Source of the DNA: Vezdaea acicularis
Taxonomy: Eukaryota
Length of the DNA stretch: 64,000 bases
Direction: 5' to 3'
Assembly: GCA_026025075.1 (NCBI GenBank)
Contig: JAPEUI010000011.1
Location: 62,001 to 126,000 of the forward strand
Position numbers and translations under genes: made by a program. This document shows positions 35,840-50,000 of this stretch, piece after piece; within the stretch, counting starts at the first letter, position 1, and each line of letters begins with the position of its first letter. The notes below the pieces were generated by a model, which made no database searches, was not told where the DNA came from, and saw nothing but the letters and a program-made list of their open reading frames with translations.

Positions 35840-37098
35840 GGGAAACCCACGTGAGCCGAGCGATGGAAAGACAGTGGAATTCAAGGCTAGGGAAGAGCTA
35901 AGACTATTCCATTCTGGGTGGTCCATCCTTTTCTATGCGCAATAATCGTAACCATATACCCGGGCACAACGCCGTTGAGGGTAAGAAGTCGGGCGCTATA
36001 AGGCCTCACCGCTTTATACAACGAGGAACTGCTTAATTACGATTGACAATGATAGTTTTGGCAGTTTTCCTAAACAGTCGACTGGGCAAGTTTGGAACTT
36101 AGTGAGTCTATAAGGTCGATATTTCCTGGTGCTAAATCCAAAATTCTGAAGATTTCCCATTCACAAGACGATCTTGTTCCGTTATTCCTAGCTTTGAGGG
36201 AATTACCAACGAGGGATGGGGATCTTATGCAAATCAGCTGGACTCACTCCGGCACGTACGTACGGCATAGTGTTTCGTGGATTGTTGTGACGCACAAAGG
36301 CTTCTACGCCCATATTGTCGTATTGAAAACCTTGGCCCGCCGATCGTAACTTCAATGGCCTCAATGCCTTGGTATGACTGAATCTTTGACTATCTTGTCC
36401 CTAAACCTGGGCCCGTATTATATATCCATCATGGATGCGAAGGAGCTCTAGCCCGCTAGGTTTCTATTAAATGCAATGACTTGTGCTATTATATCTTTGT
36501 CAGTCAGGAAGACAAGGGATGCAAAGACTATATCATGGAGTTGGTGGGAGATGTGTATATGTACTGAGTAGTGTGGTTAATGTTATCGAACTGATCTTCT
36601 TGGCGATTGACAGGGAGAAGGCTATGCTTCATTTTGGCGTTTCCAATGGAGTGTAGAGAAGTTCTGCCAGGATATAAGAATAGAAGAGAATCCTTGATAA
36701 ATGTGCTTATGGGCATGTAACAAACATCATTTGACATTTCTCACATCTCTCGTCACAAATAAGCCCGTCAGAAGAAGCCCTGTTCGTGCACCATCACATA
36801 TGGATTCCTCAAAAAGTCAATGAAAGCAAGCTTGTACATCAACATGGAGATTCTGCTAGCAGAGCTAGAAAAAAATCAAATGTTTCAGTAAGAGGAAAAT
36901 ACCTTCGCATGAGAACATCGGGAATATCAGGGTCTTCTTGGAGCCTGGGTGCTACCATGCGGACTAACTTTATTCCGACACGCAGGAGCATTTCCCCGAA
37001 AATCTTGAGCTTCATATTGCAAAATCGAACATGCAGCATTGACTCCTTCCCTCGCGCTGATAGTGAGGGACGATGATGTTCTTCGAACTTTCGATAGA

Positions 37099-40000
37099 AT
37101 GTCAACTCTCACAGATCGGAAAGACAACAATATCCTGGACGCCATCAACCATGACGATTGGAAACATGCCATTCAACTCTGTCAGAAGAGAATAAAGAAA
37201 GGAGAAAAGGGCGATTATTTATTTGTAGGATATTCAGATTCTAAAAATTCAATTTAACCCTGACTAACGTGTGACTCCACAACAAGGCTCTGCATGCTTA
37301 CGTCTTATGTCACATTTCTCCTCCATACGCACGGGGTCAACCACTTGATTCGCTCTACAACCTGACTTCTAAAGAACCTCCCGTACTTGATATAAAAGTT
37401 TTGGGCATCCTACAGGATGCATTTGAGTATCTTCTTACGAGACAGGATGTGGGTTTTTCTCAAGATGTATCGGAAAGTGTTCAGAGGTGTAGAACAATGA
37501 TGTGGGAGCGCGCCATGAAAGCTAAGCCTAATGATGAGACGCTATTGAAAGAATGGTTCACACTCTCCTTCAAATGCTTCAATTGGAAGAACGCTCAGAA
37601 GGTATGTTTCCATAGGGACTTGGGCTCGTTTGCGAAGAAATGGATCCGGCTGATGCGACGGACTACACTCTAGGCGTCGATGGCGTTGCAGAAAACTGTC
37701 CCGAACAGACGGGAATACTATTTTTGGGCGGTATTGGCGAACTTCGCACTGAGTGTTAGTTGATGGTAATGTAGGAATAAGTTCTAGCATCAGATGTCGC
37801 TTACAAGGGCTAGATAACCCCAGCCAGCCAAACGGAACGCAAATTATTCGGTGCTCTAGCATTTCGAATGGTCTCCAAAGCTGCAGAAGACGCCACTATC
37901 AATCCTGTAAGGAATGGGTAGCTATCTTCATTGTCCACTTATTAATCACTTCATTCACAGGAAACACTCTTAAGCCCTGGCCGTTCCATCGTAACGCAAC
38001 AAGAGCTCCATTTACTCCTGGAGATTTCCAAAGACCAGAAGCAACATGATGAAGCTATTCTGGTTCTCTCGAGCGCTTCGCTTGGGCTGAAATCGGATAT
38101 AGCTAAAAATGATTGGTCGTTCGTTCGAGCAGATATCCTGTTGAAGGCTCTGGCAGGTCGATACCTAGATGTTTGGAATACCTGTAAAGCGATTTTATTA
38201 CAAGCACGCCAAGATAGCAGTCAAGGTTCACCATTGTCAATTGAGAGCAAGCGAGGGGATGATTGGTTTATATGGAATCACTTCATAGACGCTCAACGCA
38301 GGACGGAGGACCAAGCGTGAAGTGCCCCCTATTTCTCACAATTTTTCATAGAGCTAACAATACTCATCCGTAGTATCTTCAATCAAACGGCGAAGATACT
38401 AGACACCTACTTCGAGACCCAAATACCATCTAGAAACGTTCAGCTTGCACGATTAAAGTTTTCTGTTGATAGTAATACTTTACATGACTATGCTCCAGAA
38501 CCTCGACGCAGTCTGTTAGTCAGGTGCAGGAAGTTCTACGCAGACAACATGCTCAGTATGAGCTGCTTCAATGATTTGATGCCTTACGCGGAGCAGATGA
38601 CGAACAGAGAGAAGCAAGACTTTCTACAGTATACCCAGGAACATTCGAGGGGGATCAAACCTTCGGGAACCAACTCCAGTGAGGTAGGATGGCCGCTAAG
38701 ATCACCCACACATCGTGAAAAGAGTGCTGACGAGGCAATACGTAGAAAGAAAAGGTTGCATGGGCGATAGCGGAAACAAATTCTTTGAAGTTCTCTTACT
38801 TCCTGAAGCTTACTCGCATGGAAAAATCGACAGAAGACTTCGAGAACTTCATCCTCAAAGCTCTCGAGCTTTGCGAGTACTGTTCAGATCTTGGCCAAGA
38901 CTTACTCGTGACAGACAACAGACCTGGAGATGGAGCTTCCATCCTCGCAGCAACGGCTTTCTTCCAGCTCTCGAATGAGGGTAACTCGGCCGCTTTATTC
39001 AAAGCGGTGGCTCTTCTTGACCATCTATTGACATTTTCGAAGCACAATTATCAAGCGCTCCTACTTCAATTGCGACTTTACCAAATACTCGGCACCCATT
39101 CACAAGCTTTCAAAGTGTATGGTCGACTTTATGTCAAAAAAATGCAGTATGATACCCTTGCGCACAATATTGTAACACGTTTGTCGACGTCGCACCCTTT
39201 TTCTGTAGCGTCTATGGTTGAAGATGAGGATAAGGTAGAGCTCTTTGATCCGAAATGCGACATCCGACAGGCCTTGAAGTTTTTTGACACCACTAAGACA
39301 TCGATAACAAGGATGAGCCAACTCGCCTTGGAACAAGGATCATATTCGGAAATTCTGGAATTTCTTGACGTTTCGTTCAAAATTGATAATAGCTTTACCA
39401 AACAAATGATGCTCATTGAACAACGCCGTATCGAACGACTTACGAGTAGAACATCTACTTATTCTCATCAGCTTACTGAATGTAACTGTGCCATTTACAG
39501 AATCTTTAGGCAGACGAGGTCATCATGCTAACTACATTTGTTTTTTGTAGTACCTACCTTTCATACAGCAAATCTTGTCGATAGTCGTAGCTTTGACCTT
39601 ATGATGGATTGCCAGCCTGAAAAGGCTATTCGTGTAGAGGAACTGATTTCTCACGGAGTTCGGCCAAATGTAAGTAAAATACATTGAAAGAACACGGAAT
39701 TATGCGCTGACATACCTTAGTCAAAATGGATACAAGGGTTTGCACTTATTGAGCATCTTATGGCAATGCTTGTTGCAACACCTGGAAAGCATACAGTCTT
39801 GACGCCACTAAGTCCTGGTGATATATCTCAGCGCCTTGCCATACTCAGACTCTCTGACACCAATCAGCCTGGTGGTGGCGAGAGTACTTTCACGACACAA
39901 GAGCTTCGAATGCTTGAGCTCTGTGAGAAAATCGCTTATGCAGAGGCAGAAATTTTGAAAGGAGGAGCACATTCGCCAGGTGCTATGAAAAGCTTTTCAG

Positions 40001-40482
40001 ACCTCGAAGAGATTTTGAAAGTGACGCTGAAAGAAATTGAAGAAAATTCGCTTGGGACAGAGATGTTGAAATTCTCCCTGACTCCAGCTGATACGTACAT
40101 TGATTATCGCTTATTCCAACGGTGCTTCGGGACTTTAGAGATGCTACAGTCTGTGATGTTTTTTCTTCGTCATGCGGACCAGTGCAAGTACAAGCTACCC
40201 AGAACAAACGTGTCTAGAATTAAGACGATAGTCCATGACCTCTTCGCTCAAGTCCGCTCTATAGCCAGTTCTGCGAAGAACAAACTGACTGAAGGTGGGA
40301 TCCTCAGCGCCTTCGTCAACCTGGTCTTGGAACGGAGAGAAAACGATGACGAGCAAGGCAAGATTGGCGCTATGCTTGAAAAGCTTGCTGGGGGGGAGAC
40401 GTCAACGGAAATATTTGCTGGAAGGATCATAGAGAGCTGGCTTGAAGCGCTCGATGGCGTTTTGCGTGTTAAGATAGACTAG
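37099..40482 (+). CDS. MDM20: NatB N-terminal acetyltransferase auxiliary subunit (Mdm20/Naa25)
   Basis: N-terminus ..ILDAINHDDWKHAIQLCQKRIKK; motifs WERAMKAKPND, AQK|ASMALQK..REYYFWAV, DDWFIW, CFNDL.PY and SKHNYQALLLQLRLY..LG..VKKMQYDTLAH. Multi-exon. Confidence 0.88.
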
Positions 40483-41071
40483 CGGTAGAAAGCATGAAGC
40501 CATAGTCTAAATAGAGCTAGAAAGTATTTGATAATACTGCTATTTGGTAGGAGAACCCCTTTACCCTGGTTAAGGCCTTTGTTACCTGCAAGAACTGAAA
40601 ATGGCAGAAACTCTGAACGCAAGAGACCTTTTGGGGCAAGATGTTAGCTTTGTTGCCTTCCATAGGCATTGGTATTCACTGAAAGTGACGGTCGCGATCA
40701 CCTTATTTAGAATCCGTCAACTTAGCCTGAAGTTGTGGTAAGTTAAAGAGAGCCTGTTTTAATGCTCCAAATGAATTTGCACATTTGTTGAGGTGACAAT
40801 TAGGTCGAATAGCCCTAATAAATACCAAAGACAAGGCTGCAGCCGACAGAGACTGCTTCATATTAACCACATCCTTACCGGACTAGACACTATTAGATGC
40901 GCTATGGGGCCTGTTCGGTTGTGTCATGTTAAGATATTAGCACGCCTAAATCATAAACCCTAACACCAGCTCCCCAATAAATCAAGTTCAGAGCATGCTT
41001 CCAGTAAAGTCGTCTCTTACGCAAAACGCCCTTGTTTCGCTGTTTGGATATCTGCAAGGCGCCGAGCAACA

Positions 41072-41665
41072 TCACAGACTGTCCTCCCCTTGTTTCCTTG
41101 CCTTCATCAGCCGTATCGCGGCATCTTTGCGCTCATCCCTTAGCGTAGTATAAATCCAGAACCAGCTAATCATCTCTACAAACGCCCATGTAAATACTAT
41201 ACTATTCTTCAGACCCTCTCCTGCACTCGGCGTATAGTTTCCCAGCGGATTCGCAAGCACGCCCCCTGGTTTGAAGAGGTACGTGTATGCCGTTAGGATG
41301 AAGAAAAACATCAACCGGATAGGCGCTGCCCCATTATTCCAGTTTAGCGTATGTACTTAGGATCGTTCTTCATTGAGAGGGCCCTACATACTTTGCGATG
41401 CCCAGAAATACCTTGAGACTTCCTCCGGCAGGCTCACGGCCACCATGTCACTTAAACCCAAGAGCGCAAGCATCATAGCTAGCAGCGACGCAGGCGCAGA
41501 CGGTGTATCCAGCTCGCGCGTATGCGGTAATCCCATAGCTTCGCCCAGGATGAATACAAGGTTCTGGTCGGAGAGCGTGCGGGGGGAGGCTAGGAAGTAG
41601 AAGGCTAGAGTTAGGTGTAGGATAGAGAGCGTGCGGATGAGCGTGAAGCCCGAGATGATCGGCAT
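41072..41665 (-). CDS. ILM1: Increased loss of mitochondrial DNA protein 1 (Ilm1 family membrane protein)
   Basis: Motifs LIRTLSILHLTLAFYFL.SP..L.DQNLVFILGEAM and LKNSIVFTWAFVEM..WFWIYTTLRDER. One intron (~41326-41391). Confidence 0.85.
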
Positions 41666-42000
41666 TTTGAAAGCCTATGAAACGAATATAGAGTTATATG
41701 TCTTTAAGGTATAAATGAGGGATAAGAATGCAGGCGATGCTGTCGAAGCTGTGGCCTTCTGCTCTAGTAGTGCTTTCCGGAGGTGCCTCCGTTTGAAAGT
41801 CTGCGCGTTACGCGTTTCATAGGGACGTGTTTGCACTATTTGCATATGGCGGGGATATGCAGTTCGGTTAAATATCGCCCCACCATCACACTGTCAGACC
41901 TTGGGCTGGGCGGTACTTGTTGCCCAGACTGATCCATGGTAAGCTATCCTGAGACCTTGATAGGTTGCTGCTGCTCATAAAGCTACAGTCATAGCTCTTC

Positions 42001-43617
42001 ATGATGAGCGCCTCTGCAACTTCTCCGTTGTCATCCAAGCTTCACATTGACCGGCACATTACCTACTGGCTGCGCTGCCTTAAGACCTATCTCCCCTCGC
42101 ATTACTCCTCAAATGACAACAACCGTCTCTCGTTAGCTTTCTTTACCGTCTCCGCCCTAGATCTCCTCCAAAACCTGCACGAGCGCACTGTAGCTCAAGA
42201 ACGTGCGGACTACATTGCTTGGATCTACCACTGCCAACACGCTAATGGTGGCTTCCGTGGATCACCAGCCACATACTTGGGCAATCGTACTGATAACAGG
42301 AACGAAAAATGGGATCCACCGAACCTCCCGGCCACTTACTTTGCGCTGCTTTCACTCTTGATTCTGGGCGATAGTTTACAAGGTGTGAGAAGGAGGGAGA
42401 CACTCGAATGGCTGCCTACTCTACAGAGAGAGCAAGGTGGCTTTGGAGAGGAGGTAATAGAAGGACGGATTGAAGGAGGAAGCGATATGCGATTCTGCTA
42501 CTGTGCTGCGGGCGTAAGGTGGATCCTAAGAGGAAAGGAGGGAAAAACCATGCCAGGTGGTGTTAGAGATATCGACGTTGACGCACTAGTCCAATTCATT
42601 AATTCGTGTGAGGTATGCCAAATGACTAGCGTTTACCATCATTTTCAGGTAGTACTGATAGGGCTCCAGAGCTACGATCATGGGTTCGCGGACGAGCCAT
42701 ATCATGAAGCCCATGGTATGCAGCTCAAACTAAGCCGTTCCTCCATTCCACTTATTCAGGTCTCCTAGGTGGCCTGACATACTGCGCCATTGCTGCTCTC
42801 GCATTGATAGACCGACTGCCTGAAGGTATCCGGCCTCATAAAGCCAGCGTGGAGCAGAACAGGCCAGGCACAAAGGAGCTCAGAGGACTCCCAGAGCTAG
42901 AGAAAACCGTTCAATGGCTGGTTGCAAGACAGCTTCAATATGACGCTCCGAAAGACGATGATTCAGACTCACCATTAGAATCAGAAGGGCCTTCTGCCCC
43001 AACCTTTGAGGTTCTTCGGCAAAGCGTATCTCATTCTCATCAGCCTACCCCCCCAATCACCGCACAGCAAGTTTTGACACCTCCAAAGCCAATATATGCG
43101 GGGTTCAATGGTCGAATGAATAAAACGGCTGACACATGCTACTCGTGGTGGGTGGGCGGGTCGCTTACTGTGAGTAGTTCCTTAGCTACCGTCTCATAGG
43201 CCGTTACTGTTCGCTGAAAGAGTCTCATTTGGACCAGATCCTGGATCGCTATCACCTAAGTTCGCCCTTGTTAAACCGCCGCTTCCTCCTTAATATAACC
43301 CAGAAAGATCTTCTCGGGGGTTTTGGTAAAATGGCTGGCGCACCACCTGGTCAGCAGCCAAGCCTCCTGATTCTCTTGTTCCAAACTTGATCTAACGATT
43401 GACCCTAGACCCCTTGCATGCGTACTTTGGGTTGACTTCCCTAGCTATTTCGAAGGAAGAAGGCTTAAGATCTATAGATCCGGTCTTGTGTGTCAGTGTG
43501 CAGACGCGGGAGTTCCTGGAGAGTCTAGCATGGTGGACCGGAGAAGAGGATGAACATCCAAAGATTCATGCCATCGACGTCCAGAAATCGAATCAAATTT
43601 CGTATAGTGACGCATAG
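42001..43617 (+). CDS. CDC43: Geranylgeranyltransferase type I beta subunit
   Basis: Prenyltransferase repeats and motifs GGFRGSP, PATYFAL, SDMRFCYCAA, EAH|GGLTYCAI, GFNGRMNKTADTCYSWWVG, GGFGK and DPLHAYFGL. Four introns. Confidence 0.9.
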
Positions 43618-43764
43618 GATAAAGTGGTATTACCATCTGCTCAATTGTTCGACTCTCGCACTGAATAGTGCTTTGTAGCCGGAGAAAAATCGCAAGCCCA
43701 GGCCCACCCCTAAGGCAGGGTGATATTATTTGAAAAGGTCACTATGATGCGCGAATGTGACTCT

Positions 43765-46569
43765 TCAACCAACGAATTCGCCATCAACTAGCGTCTCCCA
43801 CTCCTTGCCAGTATCCCACACATTTTGTAAGAGTTCACGAGCCTTTCTAACCTGTTCATTCAGTTAGCCTGGCGGATTTTGTTCTCACCGAACAAACTCA
43901 TCATTTTGGACTTACCTGAGTCATCCCAAAAAGTGAAATAGTATCAAGACGTTCCATTATTACACGTCGCTGTTCAGGCTGCAGCGCGTCGCAGCCAGCA
44001 GTAAACATTGGAAATAGGAGACAAACTTCTGCAGTACCACCCCTCCTTATCTTGCAGAGGCCACCAATAATGTGGCGAACGGCGTCCTGTACTTCTGGAT
44101 CTTCCGCTACCACCCCTAATACTCTTCGCCGTATATGGATTAGACCGGCCCAGTGAAAAGCCTCATTTGTTGTGACAAGTTCCAAAGAGTCCCCACCAAT
44201 CTCACTCTCATCTTCAGAGAGCCTATGCGAACAGGGTGTATATACATGTAGCCTTGCCACTTGTAGATCATTCTTAAGCTTTTCAGCGATTTTTACAGTC
44301 TCTTCTGAAGGCCTCCAATCATGATTTATTTCTCCGTTGGGTCGAGTTCGCTCTTGGCTAATTTGACGCGCAACGTTGGCAATTCTCGCAAGGACGCCAA
44401 CAGAGCGACTTGTAAAGCCCAGTAAGCAGTCAATCTGAAAGTCATTCTCGTCTTCTATGTCGTCTTCAACAAGGTCTGTTTCACCGAACAAGGACTTCCC
44501 CTTATGGCCCCCACTAAGGCTGCCGAGTACGTCCAAGTATGCAAGCCATCGATACAAGAAGTACGAGACTTTGTTACGATACCGCATAGCCCTAGCACCC
44601 CCCTGAGCAATGACAAGTTGACGGGCTACGTCGAGGTGTTGCTGCCAAGAAATAGGGATTGCGAATGCATTGGGTGATATTATCTCTAAAGAGGCAAGCA
44701 TGATAGCCGTTGCGAGGTTCGAGTTAGACATTCTCTCCCTTTCATCGCTAAGTGCGAGCCGCAATGTTGGGAACACGTCCTTCACCCATTCAGCAATACG
44801 ATTTTCTGGCTCTTTTTGCCCAATTAAACGTGCCCGATGACTTGCTGAATATGCTAGAAGGAGCTTGAGAAGGTTTGTGTCGCCAAAAGCCACTATACAT
44901 TTCAGCTATCAAAGTCGCAGGAGGATGTTTGCCACTCACTCTCTGGAAGCACAGTTTTGAAAGGGTTCTCCGAGCAATCATGGGGTGTAAGAATACGAGC
45001 AGTATGGTTCAAGAAATGGTGGAAATACAATAGATTCATTGGGTTTTCGGAGAGTAAAGGTGGTAATGCACCAAGTGATGTGGGAATCTTTATAGCAACC
45101 GGTTGGCGATAGTATCCACCTCTCTCGAAACCATGATCCTTCAGACGTAATCCAAACCCAAACTCACATTGAAGGCTGCTATCTAATTTATGCGAGTCGT
45201 ATGAAACAGACTCTAGCTTGTCGTCAGCAATAACCGTAGGCATAATCTGGACGATGGCCTTTTGGTCATCGTTGTCGGGAATATCGGCATCAATTGCGCC
45301 AACGTCATACCCGTATATCTTTGTCTCCTCCCAGTCTCCGCGGAACTTTCTCATCTGATGAGTATTCTCAATTGGGCTTGATAACAGAGAGTCGACGGAC
45401 AGCTTTCGGACATTTGGCGACGTCAAGTTTGTAGACGTAGTGTATTTGGGAGAAGATCGCTGGATGTGTTCATCAGACCCAACCGATGAAGCAGCAGGCG
45501 TAATGGGTGTATCGACACCACTCTGATACGGACTATATGGTGTCAGAGGTAGCGACGGCCCTTGCTGTATAATCGATGCTTGATTCATAGATTGGGCGGA
45601 GAGGCTTCGAGGTGGTGGCATAGCCCACTGCTGGGGAAGATTCTCAGCTGCCATATCGCTGCTGAGCCTTGCTCGCTTCTTACGATGTTCCGAGGATGTG
45701 TTCAGCCCTGAGGCTTCCAAAGGTTTATATGGTTGGCTTCGTGGTTGAAATGATTGCTGTCGAGGCGACACCGACTGACCCAATGCTCCAGATAAATGGC
45801 TTGTGGGATTGTGTCTAGTCGTACCCATACTATGGTCATCAAAATTTGAGTCGGAGGGAGACGGATAGTGACTTGGCTGGTCGGGTAGATGGAAAGGTTT
45901 GAAGTTAGAAGAATACCCCACAGGTCCAGTGTTACCGCGGCTATCGGAGTTATTTCTCTGATGGCTTAAAACTTGATCAAACCTAAAATTTCCCTCCCTC
46001 ACAAGTCCAACGTTCTGAGTTGCTTGAGGCGCTTGAGGTAGGGAAATATTTGGCGGTTCAAACCTGACAAGCTCAGGATCTATTAATGCGGTACTCTCGA
46101 TACCAAACATCGGTAGATTTGAGTCGCTAGAGGCTTCATCTAGAGGTTGGAGAAAGCTACTGTCTGGCGTTCCTGATATATTGGAAGCCCCCGGGAATCC
46201 GTATCCAATTGAAGATAACCTGGGTGAATTCGGCAGCTGCTCGACCGCCGGGCCTTCAGCTGTCGCATTTGGAGTTTTGATACTTGCTTGGAATGACGAC
46301 AATCCAAGACCAGAGGCGTCTTTCTTTTTCGCCCGGCCATCCCAATTGAGCCGGATGCTATAATCGCATTTTTCCCCATTTCGGTCACAGTTGGTACATG
46401 TCGGTTTCTCCTCCCCACACTTGACTTTTCGATGCTTGCACGGCCTGATAGATAATCAGATACACCACACAGCATATCATCTGAATGAGACAGCATTGGA
46501 GGCTTACCAGCAGCCATTTCTGCTACGCCTCTTTGGTTCAGGGCCGCCTGCTTTTCTGGGGCGTGGCAT
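43765..46569 (-). CDS. Zn2Cys6 transcription factor with a Fungal_trans_2-type C-terminal domain
   Basis: MPRPRKAGGPEPKRRSRNGCW|PCKHRKVKCGEEKPTCTNCDRNGEKCDY (six Cys). C-terminal YFHHFLNHTARIL..NPFKTVLP..LLAYSASH..WLAYLDVLGSL..LLFPMFTAGC; ends DGEFVG*. Three introns. Confidence 0.92.
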
Positions 46570-47032
46570 CTCATTCGCGCCTTAATATGCTCCTCTTATG
46601 CTGAGAATGAAGCGCGCTACCAAGGTGGAATTCGGTTCCTGACAACGTGCGCCCACATGCTGCCAAGTCTAACCTTATTCCTCCAACATCCTTCCAACCA
46701 ATATAACTTCATTGTTTTCGAACGCCGGACAGACTCTCTTGATTAATTTATTTTTCTGACACAAGGATAAGTCTTTCCAGCTTGCGCACATGCAATTCCC
46801 GGCTAGAGTGATTCAAAGAACGGCTTTGTTGCATTCGCCTCTTGGTCGATCTCCACTGAAGATCCCAGGCACCAAAGGCCGTGTTACACAGATGCTAGAT
46901 CTTTCATAGCGCCATCTGGTATTTAAGTTGTTATCCTAGTATTGTTCTCGGGTCATCATTTCAACAGTATCACAACTCAGCCGGGACGTTCTAAGAGAGG
47001 GTTCGGCCATCACGGCCACTGACCCTGTAAGT

Positions 47033-50000
47033 ATGGGCAATGTCACCAGCAGGCCTGGTGAGAATACTTCAATATATCTGAAAGATCAAAATAGACGTAG
47101 GTGAATTCCCTTTCTCAACTTCTTATCGATGACCATAGCAACACCTAAGGCTAACGATCCTTTGTAGTTTCCCTTGCGTCATTACGGATCACTAATGCTC
47201 GAAAGCGAGTTATCCTCAATATCTCTCCGAACAGCTTTCCTGCGACAAGATTTTCTGCGAAAAGAGACTCTGGGGATGATAGTGTTGTAGATTATGTACA
47301 GGTTAGTAGGATATTGGGCGGCCATGGTCTATTAGGTGTCTAAACGCTCTTGATTATAGGATCCAGAGGCGTCTTCGGATTCTTCACCGCCACCCTTCCT
47401 GCTCCGATTCAATAATGACGACGAAATACATTTCAACTTCACTTTCGTTGTAAGGCAACAACAAAACGCTCAGCCATCGAACACGCAAACATCTGCCAAC
47501 CCGAGTGGCAGCCCGACTGACACCTCTCTCAATGGTGTCACTTTTGTCTTTGCCTCCAACCTGCGAGAACTCGATAACCTGGTTACACGAGAATTCCATG
47601 CAGATCCAAATTTACACAAGAACGCGAATGTTGAGCTTGTTGGGGACTACAAGACTGGAGGCAGTCCCACTGTCCAGTTCGAGTGGTCGTGGCGCTGGAA
47701 ACCGCCAAAGGCTGTCGAAGATCGTGGAGGAGGCTGGAGAACCAGCTGCTGTGTGAGTGAATCAACTTAGCCATCTAACTGGGTTACTGACAGTATACCA
47801 GTTGGTCGAGTATGATCAGCGAGCTCATAGACTAAACACGTTGGCTAGCTTCTCGTTCTGGGTTAACAGTATGCGTTAGATCAAGTCCATTGATAGAACA
47901 TGAGGCTAAGAGTACACAGACTCACAAAGATCCCAGCCTACTCCTGGGTCGCCACTCCTTGGTTCCGATCTCATAAGCTCCTCTAAACTTCGAGTACCCT
48001 CCACGCAGTCCGTCGAGTCTCGAGCTAGCGACGACCAGCGTTTCGAATTGGCGGAGCCACCGTCTCCTAATGTGGAGGCGGCCGAGAACGGCTTTAGTTT
48101 GAGTCAGACGACTTCAGGTAATACCGTAGTGGCGTGCCAGCGACCCGGCGAGGATATGAGCGCTGGAGGCGATGGGCCAGTCTTCCGAGCAACTATGAAG
48201 GCTTTAGAGCAGAAGACTGGTAACATGCGCATAAAGATGAAAAAAGTTCTAAAGAAGGCTGAGGCTGCTCAGCAAGCTCAAGTTGAGTGCAATGATGCAG
48301 CAGCAAGCTTTATAGATGCGTTACGAGAAGCATCTAGATCGAACGCGAACGCAATCCAACCAGCCATGGATCACTATTTTGAACGTATAGCACGTGAAAT
48401 CCTAGCCTACGAAAAGAAAAACACAGTTCATCTTCAGAAGCTCATCATTGATCCGCTCATGAAGCTTTACAACTACGATATCAAGCAGGCGGAAAATAAG
48501 AAGCGAGATTTTGAAGAGGAAAGTCGGGATTTCTATAACTATGTGGGCCGCTACCTTGGGCAGCGGCAAGATTCATTGAAAGAGAAAAAGCGAATTGAAA
48601 GTGATTCTAAGTATCAGAGTAAGCGCAGGACGTTTGAATTAAAGAGATTTGATTATTCCTCTTTCATGCAGGATCTCCATGGAGGTCGTAAAGAACAGGA
48701 GGTCTTGTCTCATTTGACAAGATATGCCGACGCTCAGGCTAAAAGCTATCTTGCAACTGCGAAAAAGGTCGAGGACATGATGCCTCAACTGGAAGCACTG
48801 AACAGTGAGGTCAAGGAAGCCGACAAGGAATACCAATTTCAAAGGACAGAACGAGAGGAGAAACGGCGCACACTTGAGAAAAGCACAAAGTCATATATTG
48901 AGCCAGATTCCATGCAAAGCCCGCCGGTCAGCACGCATACAAGTGGAGGTTACGTTTCAGACGTAGATCTAGCTCGCTCTGATAGCGTCACTTCAAGTAT
49001 GCGAGGGAACCACGTGTCGAACTCGTCCTTGACGCCTAGTGGAAGCGTACATTTGAGGCCAACGCAGAATACATCGTTCGGGGCATCTCCTGCCTCACAG
49101 TCAATAGCTGGCATGCCTGTCCACAGTCCGTCCAATAAATTCAAAGGGATACGAGACCTCGAAGAGCGGGAGTATAATTCATCTGCCGCAACCGATAGTA
49201 CGTATGGCCAACTTCGAAAGGAAGGCCTTCTGTGGGCATTAAGTAGGCCAGGCAGCCATGCTGACCCCAAAGGTCTTAACAAACAAGCTTGGCACAAGTA
49301 AGTCCTTGTAATCTTCCCTGTGTATAGGCAACAATGCTGACATTGCCAAGGTTCTGGATCGTTCTCGACCAAGGAAAGCTCTCTGAGTACAGCAATTGGA
49401 AGCAAAGGCTAGATCTCCACATGGAGCCTATCGATCTTCGGATGGCCACTGTTCGCGAAGCTCGCAATGCTGAAAGGAGATTCTGCTTTGAGGTAATCAC
49501 ACCGCATTACAAACGTGTCTATCAGGCTACCTCGGAAGAAGATATGAATACATGGATTTCAGCTATCAACAACGCTCTGCAAAGTGCAGTGGAAGGCCGA
49601 GGGATGACTCCGAGCTTCAAACAACCTGTTTCACCATTAGAAGGGCCATTGCGACGCGATATTGGATCAGTGCTGACTGGTAAAACCTCTTTATATGGAG
49701 GACATGGAACGAGCCGTGACACGTCGTCTCCCAATAATAGCGTTTTTCGACGAACGACTGTTGGGTCCCGCCCAATTTACACGCGTTCAAGCAGTAATAG
49801 CTTTGAAGAACACCCTGATAAACTCCTCCAAATCATACGCGCTGCTGATCAGGATAATTGTTGGTGCGCAGACTGCGGCTCCGGCATTAAAACAGAATGG
49901 GTCTCCATCAACCTGGGGATTGTTCTTTGCATCGAATGTAGTGGCATCCATCGATCGCTTGGGACCCATGTCTCGAAAGTACGGTCTCTGACTCTGGATA

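Noticed and set aside
35840..37098. 1.2-kb spacer with several 70-96 aa ORFs
   Set aside because: No coherent gene model, domain or RNA motif seen.
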